A stretch of DNA of 64,000 nt from an uncultured Chloroflexia bacterium (GTDB taxonomy: Bacteria; Chloroflexota; Limnocylindria; Limnocylindrales; CSP1-4), in NCBI GenBank assembly GCA_963713975.1, contig OY970218.1, positions 2,368,001 through 2,432,000 on the forward strand, read 5' to 3'. Numbering within the stretch: the stretch's first letter is position 1; every line of letters begins with the position of its first letter. Under the pieces are notes generated by a model that had not been told where the DNA came from, searched no databases, and saw only the letters and a list, made by a program, of their open reading frames with translations. Shown here in pieces: positions 40,759 to 51,966 of this stretch. Both the position numbers and the translations under genes were made by a program.

Positions 40759-41799
40759 CTACTTCGACGCGTCCCAGGTTGCCCGCGACTCGGCAAGGGC
40801 GTCGGCCGTCAGGCCGACGTAGGGGACGGTCTCGAGGACGGAAGCGATCGTGCCATCGGCGAGGTAGTAGTCCACGTAGGCTGCGATAGCGGGGTTCGCG
40901 GCCGCCTTGGCCTTGTTCACGTAGATGTACAGGTCGCGCGCGAGCGGGTACGAGCCGTCGGCGATCGTCTCAGGCGTCGGGGCAACGCACGTCCCGTTGA
41001 CGTCCTTGGCGACCTGGATCTCGCTGACCTTGTCCCTGTTCTCCTCGGCGAAGGCGAAGCCAACCCAGCCCAGTGAGGAGTCGCTGCCGGAGATCCCGTC
41101 GATGATCGCGTTGTCGTTGGACGAGGCGGTGTAGTCAGGTCGGGTGTTGGCCTCCTGGCCGCGCGCCTCGGCGGTCTTCGTGATCGCGAGCTCGACGAAG
41201 CTGTCGAACGTGCCCGACTCCTCGCCGGGGCCCGTGATCTTGAGATCCGCATCCGGGAACTCGGTGTTGGAGCCCAGTTCCTTGGCGATCGTCGCGGCAT
41301 CGCTCCACTTGGCGAACCCGGTGGACTCGGGCCCCATCAGGGCGTACAGGTCCGCGAAGCTGAGACAGGCCACGGCCGTGTTGGCGGCGGACGTCAGGAC
41401 CGACATGCCGTCGATCGCGACCTTGAGCTCCACGTACTCGATGCCGGCGTCCGCGCAGGTCGTGGCTTCTTCGTCCTTGATCTGGCGCGAGGCGTCGGAG
41501 ATGTCGGTATCACCCTCGCAGAACTTCTTGAATCCATCACCGGTGCCCGGGCCCTCGACCGTGTATGTGAACTCCGAGTTGGACTCCGCGAAGGCCTCGG
41601 CGACGCCCGTGGAGATCGGCTCGACGGTGGACGAACCCGAGACGTTGATGGCACCGGTCACGCCGCCGCCTGCCGCTGCCCCGGTGGCCGCCGTGCCCTC
41701 GCCGGGAGCGGACGTTCCCGACGAGCCGCCGCAGGCGGCGACGAACACTGTCGCGGCGAGGGTCAGGGCGCCGATGCGCTTGGTGGATGCGAGCGTCAC
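40759..41799 (-). CDS. pstS: Phosphate-binding lipoprotein PstS
   Basis: Lipobox VAAC, GSSTVEP, GTGDGFKKFC, SGTFDSF, YPLARDLYIY. RBS AGGAG. Confidence 0.95.
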   Translation of the reverse strand: MTLASTKRIGALTLAATVFVAACGGSSGTSAPGEGTAATGAAAGGGVTGAINVSGSSTVEPISTGVAEAFAESNSEFTYTVEGPGTGDGFKKFCEGDTDISDASRQIKDEEATTCADAGIEYVELKVAIDGMSVLTSAANTAVACLSFADLYALMGPESTGFAKWSDAATIAKELGSNTEFPDADLKITGPGEESGTFDSFVELAITKTAEARGQEANTRPDYTASSNDNAIIDGISGSDSSLGWVGFAFAEENRDKVSEIQVAKDVNGTCVAPTPETIADGSYPLARDLYIYVNKAKAAANPAIAAYVDYYLADGTIASVLETVPYVGLTADALAESRATWDASK

Positions 41800-41881
41800 G
41801 TGAGTCTCCTTGTCGGGCGTCAGGCCCCGAGCGGGGGGCGCCCTTTTTGGTCTTCTACCGGTTCCACGGTCGGGCCGTGGC

Positions 41882-44018
<2,137 letters not shown>

Positions 44019-44087
44019 TCCAACCCTGCACCGGGGACGACCTGGTGACCCCGCACAACAACGACCCGGCGCGACCCCGGAGGGCGG

Positions 44088-45851
44088 TCAGAGCCCGGCG
44101 ACCACCCGTCCCAGCGCGCGCCGGAATGCGACGCTCGACACGCCGCGCCACGCCGGGCCCACGGTCCGTCGCAGCCTCGCGAGCTCGCGCTCGCGGTCCA
44201 CGAGGTACCGACCGATCGCGGCACTCTCCGCCTCGGACAGGCGGCCCGCGTGTTCCACGAGGAACCCGCGCGCCAGGTTCGCGGCCACATCCGCGTCGTG
44301 CAGCCACCCCAGGTGGTCCTGGAGGGCCACGACCTTCTCGATCACCGGACCGGCCTCGCGTCCCAGTGCCTCGCGGACGAACTCCAGCGTATAGCGGAGC
44401 CACTTGGCGGCGATCCGAAGGTCGTGGAGGGTCGTCACGTCGGCCCAGCGCATGACCGGCTCGTAGGCGCGGACGACCTCGTACGCGGCCCAGATCCGGG
44501 ACGGCATCGTGTCTCGTACGCGGTGGGGCTCCGTGGGGCCAACGGCCAGCACGCCCGCTCCGTCCTCCTGAAGAAACTCCACGTAGCCGTCCATCCACTT
44601 CCGGTAGCGGTTGCTGTCCAGCTCCTTCAGCAGGACGATCCGGGCTGCCTCGCGCTGCGATCTCCAGCCCTGTAGCAACGGCTCGAACGCCTTGGCCTCG
44701 GGAGGGGCGAGGCGACGCTGGTACGCCACGCCGGCCTCGATCAGCACGTCCAGGTCCCGGACGCCGCCGAGGTCGCCCGCGACGAGCTTCAGGCGCCGGC
44801 GGTGGCGGTTGGTCCGCTCGGGATCGAATGCATCGCCGAAGACCCGCCACGCCGCCCGCTGGCGCCGCGTTGCGACCCGCATCCCGTGCAACTCCTCGGC
44901 GTCGTTGCCCGCACGCGTGCCTGCTTCCCGGGTGATCATCCGGGCCAGGTGGAACCGGAGGACCTTGCGCCCGGCTTCGGCGAGGTGGTCATCGCCGAGG
45001 ACGCCGGGGGTCTTGGGGACGATGAGCCTCGGCGGCTCCGGCACCGGCTCGACGATGGGCGCCACGACCTCGTCCACCTGGGGCGGCGCTGTGGCACCAG
45101 GATCGACTGGGTCCACGACGACCGCCGTCGGGGCGGCGGCTTCGGTCGGGACGTCCATCACCGGCACGCCGACCTCGCCATCCGCAGCATCGCCCGTGGT
45201 CTCGCGGCGGACTGCCTCCAGGGCGCGCTCGAGCTTGGACGTCTCTGCCGGCACCAGCTCCTCGACCTCGGACAGGAGGTCGACCAGGGGCTCCAGGGCC
45301 GTCTCGTTCCCCTCGCGGAGCTCCACCTCGAGCTCCGCGAACCGCTCGATCACCCGGTCCGCCATCACGACCTCCACGTCGTCCACCGAGAGCTCCACCA
45401 CCGTGCCGTCGATCCCGTACTCGCGCTTTCGCCGGAGCTGCCGGACGCGCACCAGCTCGGTCAGCGGCCGGTCGCCTGCGATGTTTAGCACGGCATCCCG
45501 CGCAGCCGATTCGGGCCACGCCGCCGCGCCCTGCCCGGCATCAGCCGGGCCCTCGAGCTCCTCGCGCCGGTGCGTCGCACCACCCACGTCCTGCCGGCGG
45601 AGGCCCTTGAGGGTGATCAGGGTGCCGTCGTCCTGGAGGCGGAAGCGCCCCGCATAGCCGGCTGCTGCGAGCGACCCATCCGCGGTATCGACGTACCGGT
45701 CCTCCTGGATCACCGTCTCGGACGGGGCCAGGGCCACGAAGCCTGCCAGGTCGCTGGCGGCGATCAGGCGGGCGCCCGCCTTCCCATCGGTCATCCGGTA
45801 CTTGAGCTCGATCTCCATGGGCCGGACATCCGCTCCCTCTGCTGCCGTCAT
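44088..45851 (-). CDS. CYTH (triphosphate tunnel) plus CHAD fusion, YgiF-like
   Basis: EIELKY, DRYVDT, ITLKG, REELE, ELEVEL; CHAD motifs LHGMRVATRR, RDLDV, LHDLRIAAKWLRY, QDHLGWLHD. ATGA overlap with ppk1. Confidence 0.92.
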   Translation of the reverse strand: MTAAEGADVRPMEIELKYRMTDGKAGARLIAASDLAGFVALAPSETVIQEDRYVDTADGSLAAAGYAGRFRLQDDGTLITLKGLRRQDVGGATHRREELEGPADAGQGAAAWPESAARDAVLNIAGDRPLTELVRVRQLRRKREYGIDGTVVELSVDDVEVVMADRVIERFAELEVELREGNETALEPLVDLLSEVEELVPAETSKLERALEAVRRETTGDAADGEVGVPVMDVPTEAAAPTAVVVDPVDPGATAPPQVDEVVAPIVEPVPEPPRLIVPKTPGVLGDDHLAEAGRKVLRFHLARMITREAGTRAGNDAEELHGMRVATRRQRAAWRVFGDAFDPERTNRHRRRLKLVAGDLGGVRDLDVLIEAGVAYQRRLAPPEAKAFEPLLQGWRSQREAARIVLLKELDSNRYRKWMDGYVEFLQEDGAGVLAVGPTEPHRVRDTMPSRIWAAYEVVRAYEPVMRWADVTTLHDLRIAAKWLRYTLEFVREALGREAGPVIEKVVALQDHLGWLHDADVAANLARGFLVEHAGRLSEAESAAIGRYLVDRERELARLRRTVGPAWRGVSSVAFRRALGRVVAGL

Positions 45852-48019
45852 GCCCGCGGATCCATCGACCCGGCCTGCGCATGGGGCCTGCGCGGGACGT
45901 CGGCTTCGCCCGAAGCGGTGGCGGCGTCCTCCTTGAGGACGGCGAAGGTGTCGATCGTACCCTCGCGCGACGCAAGGACCTCCCGGCGCTGCCATTGACC
46001 GTCCGACTGCAGCTCCCAGGACCGCCGGTCGTCTGCCAGCATCACCTCGATGATGCGCGCCAGCCGCGCCCGGGACTCGTTGTCATCGACGGGGGTCACG
46101 ACCTCGACCCGTCGGTCCAGGTTGCGCTCCATGAGGTCCGCCGAGCCGATGTACCACTCCGGCCGCCCCGCGTTCGCGAACATCCAGATCCGGGAGTGCT
46201 CGAGGAACTCGCCGATGATGGATCTCACGCGGATGTTCTCGGACGCACCCTCAACACCGGGGACCAGGCAGCATGCGCCGCGCACGATCAGGTCGATCTC
46301 GACGCCTGCGCGGGAGGCCTCGTAGAGGGCCTCGATCACCTGGTTGTCGACGAGGGAGTTGAGCTTGAGCACGATGCGCGCCGGCTGACCGGCGCGGGCG
46401 GCCGTGGCCTCGCGCTCCACCATCTCCAGGAACCGTGTCCGCATCGTCATCGGTGCGACCAGCAGCTGGCGGAAGACGCGCTGGCGCGACAATCCGGTGA
46501 GGACATTGAACAGGTCGGTGACGTCCGCCCCCAGGTCCTCGCGGCACGAGAGGAGGCCCAGGTCCACGTACAGGCGCGCGGTCTTCGAGTTGTAGTTGCC
46601 GGTCCCGATGTGGACGTAGCGGCGCAGGCCGCTTCCCTCGCGGCGTACGACGAGCAGCACCTTGGAATGCGTCTTGAGGCCGACGAGGCCGTACACGACG
46701 TGGGCGCCGGCCTGCTCCAGGCGGCGGGCCCAGACGATGTTGTTCTCCTCGTCGAAGCGGGCCTTGATCTCGACCAGCACCACGACCTGCTTGCCACCCT
46801 CGGCGGCGCGGATCAGTGCCTGCACGACCGGAGAGTCGCCGGACACCCGGTAGAGGGTCTGCTTGATCGTGAGGACCTCGGGGTCGTCCGCGGCCTGGTC
46901 GATGAACCGCTCGACCGACGCCGTGAACGACTCGTACGGGTGGTGCACGAAGATGTCGCCGGCGCGCAGCTGGGCGAAGACGTCCGTGGGCTCGTCCTCG
47001 TCGGGCGGCATGAGGCGATGCGGGATGACCGGCGTGTGGGCCGGGGCCATGAGGTCAGGGCGATCGAGGCTCACCAGCTGCCAGAGCGCCGTGAGGTCGA
47101 GCATGCCCGCGACCTCGAAGGCGTCCTCCTCGCGTACGCCGGTGCCGTTGATCAGGATCCGGCGGGTGAGGTCCGGCATGGACCGCTCCACCTCGAGCCG
47201 GACCGCATGGCCGAAGCGCCGTCGGCGGATCTCCTCCTCGATCGCGAGCAGCAGGTCGTCCGCCTCGTCCTCCTCGATCGCGATGTCGGCGTCACGGGTG
47301 ACCCTGAACAGGTGCGTCTCGAGGATCTCCATGCCGCGGAACAGCTCGTCCAGGTTGGCCTCGATCACCTGGTCCAGCAGCACGAACTTGTCGCGCTCCA
47401 CCGCAAACAGCCGGGGAAGGATGGGCGGGATCTTGACCCGGGCGAAGCGCCGCTCACCGGTCTCGGGGTCCCGCAGGCCGACCGCGATCGAGAGGCTCAG
47501 GGTGCTGATATAGGGGAACGGGTGGCCGGGATCAACCGCGAGCGGGGTGAGCACCGGAAAGATCTCGTCGTGGAACCGGCGGCGGAGGGTTTCGTGGTGT
47601 TCCGGCACCTGGTCGTACTCGAGGATCTCCACGCCCTCGGTCGAGAGCTCCTCGCGGATCTGCGTCCAGATGTTGGAGTGCTCGGCCACCAGCTCCCGGA
47701 CCCGGAGCCTGATGGCGTCGAGCTGCTGGGCCGGGGTCAGGCCGTCCAGGCTGTGGTGCTGGCTGGCGGAAAGGTCCTGGCGGCGGAGGCCGGACACGCG
47801 TACCTGGAAGAACTCGTCGAGGTTGGACGCGAAGATCGCGAGGAACTTCACCCGCTCCAGCAGGGGGTTGCGGGAGTCCCTCGCCTCGTGGAGGACGCGC
47901 GCGTTGAACTCGATCCAGGACAGCTCGCGATTGAGGATCGGGCCCTTCTGGTCGCGAACGGCCCGCCGCCGACCGCGGCTGGCGACTCGAGGCCCGGGTG
48001 CTCGTCGAACGGTGGCCAT
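45848..48019 (-). CDS. ppk1: Polyphosphate kinase 1
   Basis: NRELSWIEFNARVL, NLDEFFQVRV, HHPYESF, KARFDEENN, LKTHSK, GTGNYN, LEHSRI, SADLMERNLDRRVE. Confidence 0.98.
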   Translation of the reverse strand: MATVRRAPGPRVASRGRRRAVRDQKGPILNRELSWIEFNARVLHEARDSRNPLLERVKFLAIFASNLDEFFQVRVSGLRRQDLSASQHHSLDGLTPAQQLDAIRLRVRELVAEHSNIWTQIREELSTEGVEILEYDQVPEHHETLRRRFHDEIFPVLTPLAVDPGHPFPYISTLSLSIAVGLRDPETGERRFARVKIPPILPRLFAVERDKFVLLDQVIEANLDELFRGMEILETHLFRVTRDADIAIEEDEADDLLLAIEEEIRRRRFGHAVRLEVERSMPDLTRRILINGTGVREEDAFEVAGMLDLTALWQLVSLDRPDLMAPAHTPVIPHRLMPPDEDEPTDVFAQLRAGDIFVHHPYESFTASVERFIDQAADDPEVLTIKQTLYRVSGDSPVVQALIRAAEGGKQVVVLVEIKARFDEENNIVWARRLEQAGAHVVYGLVGLKTHSKVLLVVRREGSGLRRYVHIGTGNYNSKTARLYVDLGLLSCREDLGADVTDLFNVLTGLSRQRVFRQLLVAPMTMRTRFLEMVEREATAARAGQPARIVLKLNSLVDNQVIEALYEASRAGVEIDLIVRGACCLVPGVEGASENIRVRSIIGEFLEHSRIWMFANAGRPEWYIGSADLMERNLDRRVEVVTPVDDNESRARLARIIEVMLADDRRSWELQSDGQWQRREVLASREGTIDTFAVLKEDAATASGEADVPRRPHAQAGSMDPRA

Positions 48020-48159
48020 CGATCCTCTTCGGGTGTGCTGCGGCCCGGAGAGCGGCACTCGATGACGGCCGCCACCCGGTCCCGGTCGGGCAAATCAGGA
48101 TACCACTCGCGACCTGCAGGTCCCGCCGAGGGCTCTCCGTCAACGGCCGGTCGCCAGGT

Positions 48160-48352
48160 GCGTCCGGGCACCTCGACGACTGTCCACACCATCGCTGGCC
48201 CCAGCCATGGCGCGGAACCCCGCAGCGCTCCATAGCGCATCGTCAGGATGGGCCCGGTAGGCGACCCGCATCTGGCGCTCGAACGTCGCAGCCGCGGCGC
48301 GGGTAGCCCGCGTGCGGCGGATCAGCAGCAGCCGTGACACCTCCGGCTCGTC
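48160..48352 (-). pseudogene. Possible frameshifted C-terminal gene fragment
   Basis: VSRLLLIRRTRATRAAAATFERQMRVAYRAHPDDAL continues in another frame as GALRGSAPWLGPAMVW. No convincing 5' part. Confidence 0.35.
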
Positions 48353-48421
48353 ACCCAGATGGTGTCAGCCCTCCCACGAAGGGAGCGCGTCTCGACGCCC
48401 AGGTCGACTGGGCCGCTCGGG

Positions 48422-48775
48422 TCAGCCTTCAGGGACGTACCGCCGCTCGCCCGTGGCCGGGTCCACCCAGACGCGCATCGGCACCGCCGTCGTCGGGTCC
48501 ACGAAACGCTCATCGGTTGGCCTGAACCGCGCATCCGGCGGAACGGGTTCGCCGCCGCCTCGACCGTGCCCGTCCCCGGTCTGCTCCGCTCGGAGCGATC
48601 GGTAGCGGGTCCGCTCCAGCAGGACGGCGGCGATCAGGATCGCGCCGGGAACGAACAGGAACAGGGCGGCCATCAGGCTTCCACCGGGACCCGTCACCGC
48701 CGCTGCGGCGATCCCGCCGAGCAGCAGCAGGACACCGAGCACGCCGACGAGACCTCGGGTGAGCGTGACGCCCAT
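48422..48775 (-). CDS. Small two-TM protein with PTDERFVDP...DPATGERRYV tail
   Basis: Two hydrophobic helices and a repeated DP-x-T beta-hairpin-like motif; co-oriented with ybjQ. Confidence 0.75.
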   Translation of the reverse strand: MGVTLTRGLVGVLGVLLLLGGIAAAAVTGPGGSLMAALFLFVPGAILIAAVLLERTRYRSLRAEQTGDGHGRGGGEPVPPDARFRPTDERFVDPTTAVPMRVWVDPATGERRYVPEG

Positions 48776-48779
48776 CGGC

Positions 48780-49124
48780 CTACTCGACTGTCTGCGGAGC
48801 GCCCGAATCCGCCTCGACCACGACCGCGGTCCCATAGGCCACGATCTCGGTCATCGTGGTGGCCATTTCCGACGAGTCGAAGCGCATCGAGATCACCGCG
48901 TTGGCGCCCACCATGACGGCGTTCTGCACCATCCGGTCGATCGCCTGGCGGCGGGTGTCCTCGAGCAGGCTGGTGTACTCGTGGATCTCGCCGCCCACGA
49001 CCGAACGGAGGCTTGCCACGAGGTTGCCGGCGACGCCGCGGCTGCGGACGACGAGGCCGAACACCTGGCCCTTGGTCTCGACGACGCGGTAGCCGGCGAT
49101 GAACGGCGTGGTGGCGATGATCAT
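48780..49124 (-). CDS. YbjQ/UPF0145 family protein
   Basis: VGGEIHEY, GANAVISMRFD, EIVAYGTAV. Confidence 0.92.
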   Translation of the reverse strand: MIIATTPFIAGYRVVETKGQVFGLVVRSRGVAGNLVASLRSVVGGEIHEYTSLLEDTRRQAIDRMVQNAVMVGANAVISMRFDSSEMATTMTEIVAYGTAVVVEADSGAPQTVE

Positions 49125-49132
49125 CGGTCCCC

Positions 49133-49531
49133 TCACTCTCCCTGGCGTCGGGTGGGGTGGGTGGCCGCCCCGTCCGCATGGTCTGCGTGGCGCTGCTCTC
49201 GGACCCTCGTGCACCCGTCGCAGGGGCACATCTCGCGCAGCAGGTTGAAGGTGTGGTAGCCGGTCGCGTGGCCGTCCCCCCAGGTCGCCTGGATCGCGTA
49301 GCTGCCCACGAGCGCAACGTCCACGAGGCGCGTCTGCTCCGCGGTCAGCGTGGGATTGCTGTCCAGCCAGCCCGGCATACCGGCCTCACCACGACAGTAG
49401 GCGCACGGACACAGCCAGCGGAGCGTGACGGTGTCGTACTGGGTGACGTGGCCGTCGGCCCACTCCACGCGGAGCGTGCCGGCGGCGCGATTGGCGTCGA
49501 TCCGGGTGGGGGAGAAGGTTGGGTCCTGCAC
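49133..49531 (-). CDS. DUF971 (GBBH-like N-terminal) protein
   Basis: WADGH, LRWLCPCAYCRGE, VGSYAI, WGDGHATG, CPCDGC. Confidence 0.88.
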   Translation of the reverse strand: MQDPTFSPTRIDANRAAGTLRVEWADGHVTQYDTVTLRWLCPCAYCRGEAGMPGWLDSNPTLTAEQTRLVDVALVGSYAIQATWGDGHATGYHTFNLLREMCPCDGCTRVREQRHADHADGAATHPTRRQGE

Positions 49532-49657
49532 CCCGCGATCGTAACCCCGGGCAGGGCGACCCGGAGCGAGCCGGTGCGGACTGGGACCATCACCGAGCGA
49601 CGGTCCGGGACTTTCCCCGAGTGGCCGCCGGAGATCGGGCCGCTATGCTCGCGGCGG

Positions 49658-50608
49658 ATGAGCCTCATCGTCGACCACCTGCACAAGCGGTTCGGGCCCG
49701 TCGTCGCCCTCGACGACCTCGCGTTCGAGGTCCACCCGGGCCAGGTGTTCGGATTCCTGGGCGCCAACGGCTCGGGCAAGACGACGACGATGCGCATCGT
49801 GATGGGTGTGCTGGAGCCGGACGCGGGTCGGGTCACGTGGGACGGCACGGACAGCCACCGCCTCCCTCGCTCGACGTGGGGCTACCTCCCAGAGGAGCGA
49901 GGCCTGTACCCGAGGATGACCGTCCTCGACCAGCTCGTGTTCTTCTCCGGGCTCCAGGGAGTGCCGTCGGCCCGCGCCAGGCACGACGCCCTCATGTGGC
50001 TGCGCCGGTTCCGTGCCGAGGACCTGGCGGGGCGCCGTGCCGAGCAGCTGTCCAAGGGCAACCAGCAGAAGGTCCAGTTCATTGCGGCGATCCTGCACGA
50101 CCCGCAGGTGCTGCTCATGGACGAGCCCTTCACCGGTCTGGATCCGGTCAACGTCATGCTCCTGCGGGAGGCCTTCCTCGAACTCCGGGACCGGGGGCGC
50201 ACCGTCGTCTTCTCCACCCACCAGATGGAGGTGGCGGAGGCGCTGTGCGAGTCGGTGGCGATCGTGGATCACGGGCGGATGGTGGTGGGCGGATCGCTGC
50301 GCGACGTGCGACGTGCGACCGGCCGGCGCATGGTGCGTATCTCGGTCGAGGCCGACTACCGGCTGCCATGGCTGGCACGCGTCCCGGGGACGCGCGTGAT
50401 CCAGGCGGGGGTGGACCGCTCGACCGTGGAGCTCGACGCCGGCGTCGAGCCCGATGCCGTCCTGGCGGCGGCGGTCGGTGCGGGAGCCAGGGTTCGGCAT
50501 TTCGAGGTCGCCGACCCATCGCTGGAGCAGATCTTCATCGACCTCGTGGGCCGTCCGGCCGATGCGGAGGTGCATCTCGCGCCGATGGCCGGCGAGGATG
50601 CCGCGTGA
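49658..50608 (+). CDS. ABC-2 exporter ATP-binding protein (YhaQ/NatA-like)
   Basis: GANGSGKTT, GYLPEERGLY, LSKGNQQK, DEPFTGLDPVN, PSLEQIF. Confidence 0.93.
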   Translation: MSLIVDHLHKRFGPVVALDDLAFEVHPGQVFGFLGANGSGKTTTMRIVMGVLEPDAGRVTWDGTDSHRLPRSTWGYLPEERGLYPRMTVLDQLVFFSGLQGVPSARARHDALMWLRRFRAEDLAGRRAEQLSKGNQQKVQFIAAILHDPQVLLMDEPFTGLDPVNVMLLREAFLELRDRGRTVVFSTHQMEVAEALCESVAIVDHGRMVVGGSLRDVRRATGRRMVRISVEADYRLPWLARVPGTRVIQAGVDRSTVELDAGVEPDAVLAAAVGAGARVRHFEVADPSLEQIFIDLVGRPADAEVHLAPMAGEDAA

Positions 50609-51921
50609 GCGCCTCCGGTCGTGCCGCGGCGCGCAACGTGGGCCTCGTCGCGCGGCGCGAGTACACCGAGCGGGTCAGATCCCGGGCATTCCTGTTCTCG
50701 ACCCTGCTGATGGCCGGCCTGGCGGTCGTGATCGCCCTCATCCCGCTCGCCGTCCGCGTCGTGGACCGGGCAACGGTCACGCGCATCGCCGTTGTCGCGC
50801 AGGACCCCGTGCTGGGCGATCGTGCGGTGGCCGTGATGGACGGCTTCCTCAACGCGCAGCTGGACGGGAGCGCGGAGCAGACGAAGTCGTTCCTGTTCAC
50901 GCGGCTGGACGACGCTCGGGCGGCGGTCGACGGGGTCAGCGAGGGGAGCGTCGCGGGCACGGTGCTCATCGAGCGGACGACCGAAGGCCGCCTGGACTTC
51001 CGGGTGGTAACGGTCGGGGCACTCGGCCAGGACAGGGCACAGCTGCTGCAGATCGGCGCGTTCGCGGTCGGCATCCTGGACTGGACCGCCGCGCAGCCTG
51101 CCGGCCAGGACCCGTTCCTGCCCCCGACCTTCGCCGTCGTCGACGCGGGTGCGGTCGCGGGAGGCGGCTCGGGCGTTGCGATCGACACCGCCGAGTACGC
51201 CAGCCGCCGCATTGTCGGCATCGTGTTCGTGATGCTCGCGTTCCTGACGCTGGTGTTCTACGGCCTGTGGGTGGCGTCCGGCGTCGTGGCCGAGAAGGCG
51301 AGCCGGGTGATGGAGCTGCTGATCTCGGCCGCCACGGCGCGCCAGCTGGTGGTGGGCAAGATCCTTGGAATCGGGCTGTCCGGGCTGACCCAGGTGGCAC
51401 TGGTCCTGCTGCCGGCAATGGCCATGCTCCTCGCCTCCGGCCGCGTGGGCAGTGCGATGCTGGGCGAGGACGCGGCGGTGGGGGCGTCGCTGGGGGCGCT
51501 GTCGCCCGGCCTGCTCGCGGCGTTCCTCGTCTACTTCGTGCTCGGGTTCGCGCTCTATGCCGCGCTGTACGCGGGGGCGGGCTCGCTGCTGAGTCGGGCC
51601 GAGGACCTCCAGATCGTGGCGCTGCCGCTCTCGATTCCCGCCATCGCGGGCTACCTGCCGGCGGTACTCGCCCTGTCGGGCAGCACGTCGGGGTTCATCC
51701 GCTTCGCTTCCTACGTGCCGCTCTGGAGCCCGTTCGTGATGCTCGCTCGCCTGTCCGTGGGCTACGTCCCGCCCTGGGAGATCGCGCTGTCCTTGGGCCT
51801 GCTGATCGCGACGGTCCCGCTGGTCACGCTGCTCGCGATCCGGGTCTACCGGGCAGGGGTCGTGATGTATGGGCAGCCGCCGACCGCCGGCACGTTCCTG
51901 CGGGCCATTCGGGGCGGGTAG
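50605..51921 (+). CDS. ABC-2 exporter permease (YhaP/NatB-like)
   Basis: REYTERVRSRAF, VVAEKASRVMELL, GKILG, SPFVMLAR, VYRAGVVMYG. GTGA overlap. Confidence 0.9.
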   Translation: MSASGRAAARNVGLVARREYTERVRSRAFLFSTLLMAGLAVVIALIPLAVRVVDRATVTRIAVVAQDPVLGDRAVAVMDGFLNAQLDGSAEQTKSFLFTRLDDARAAVDGVSEGSVAGTVLIERTTEGRLDFRVVTVGALGQDRAQLLQIGAFAVGILDWTAAQPAGQDPFLPPTFAVVDAGAVAGGGSGVAIDTAEYASRRIVGIVFVMLAFLTLVFYGLWVASGVVAEKASRVMELLISAATARQLVVGKILGIGLSGLTQVALVLLPAMAMLLASGRVGSAMLGEDAAVGASLGALSPGLLAAFLVYFVLGFALYAALYAGAGSLLSRAEDLQIVALPLSIPAIAGYLPAVLALSGSTSGFIRFASYVPLWSPFVMLARLSVGYVPPWEIALSLGLLIATVPLVTLLAIRVYRAGVVMYGQPPTAGTFLRAIRGG

Positions 51922-51966
51922 GGTGCCTCCAGCTCCGCGGGTCCCCCGGAGGCTCGATCCCGGCCA

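Noticed and set aside
45881-48235. Long antisense ORFs (784 aa here; also 22736-24712, 24805-26781, 53017-55413 and 58681-60687)
   Set aside because: These are stop-poor shadows expected at high GC opposite well-supported genes, with no recognisable motifs.
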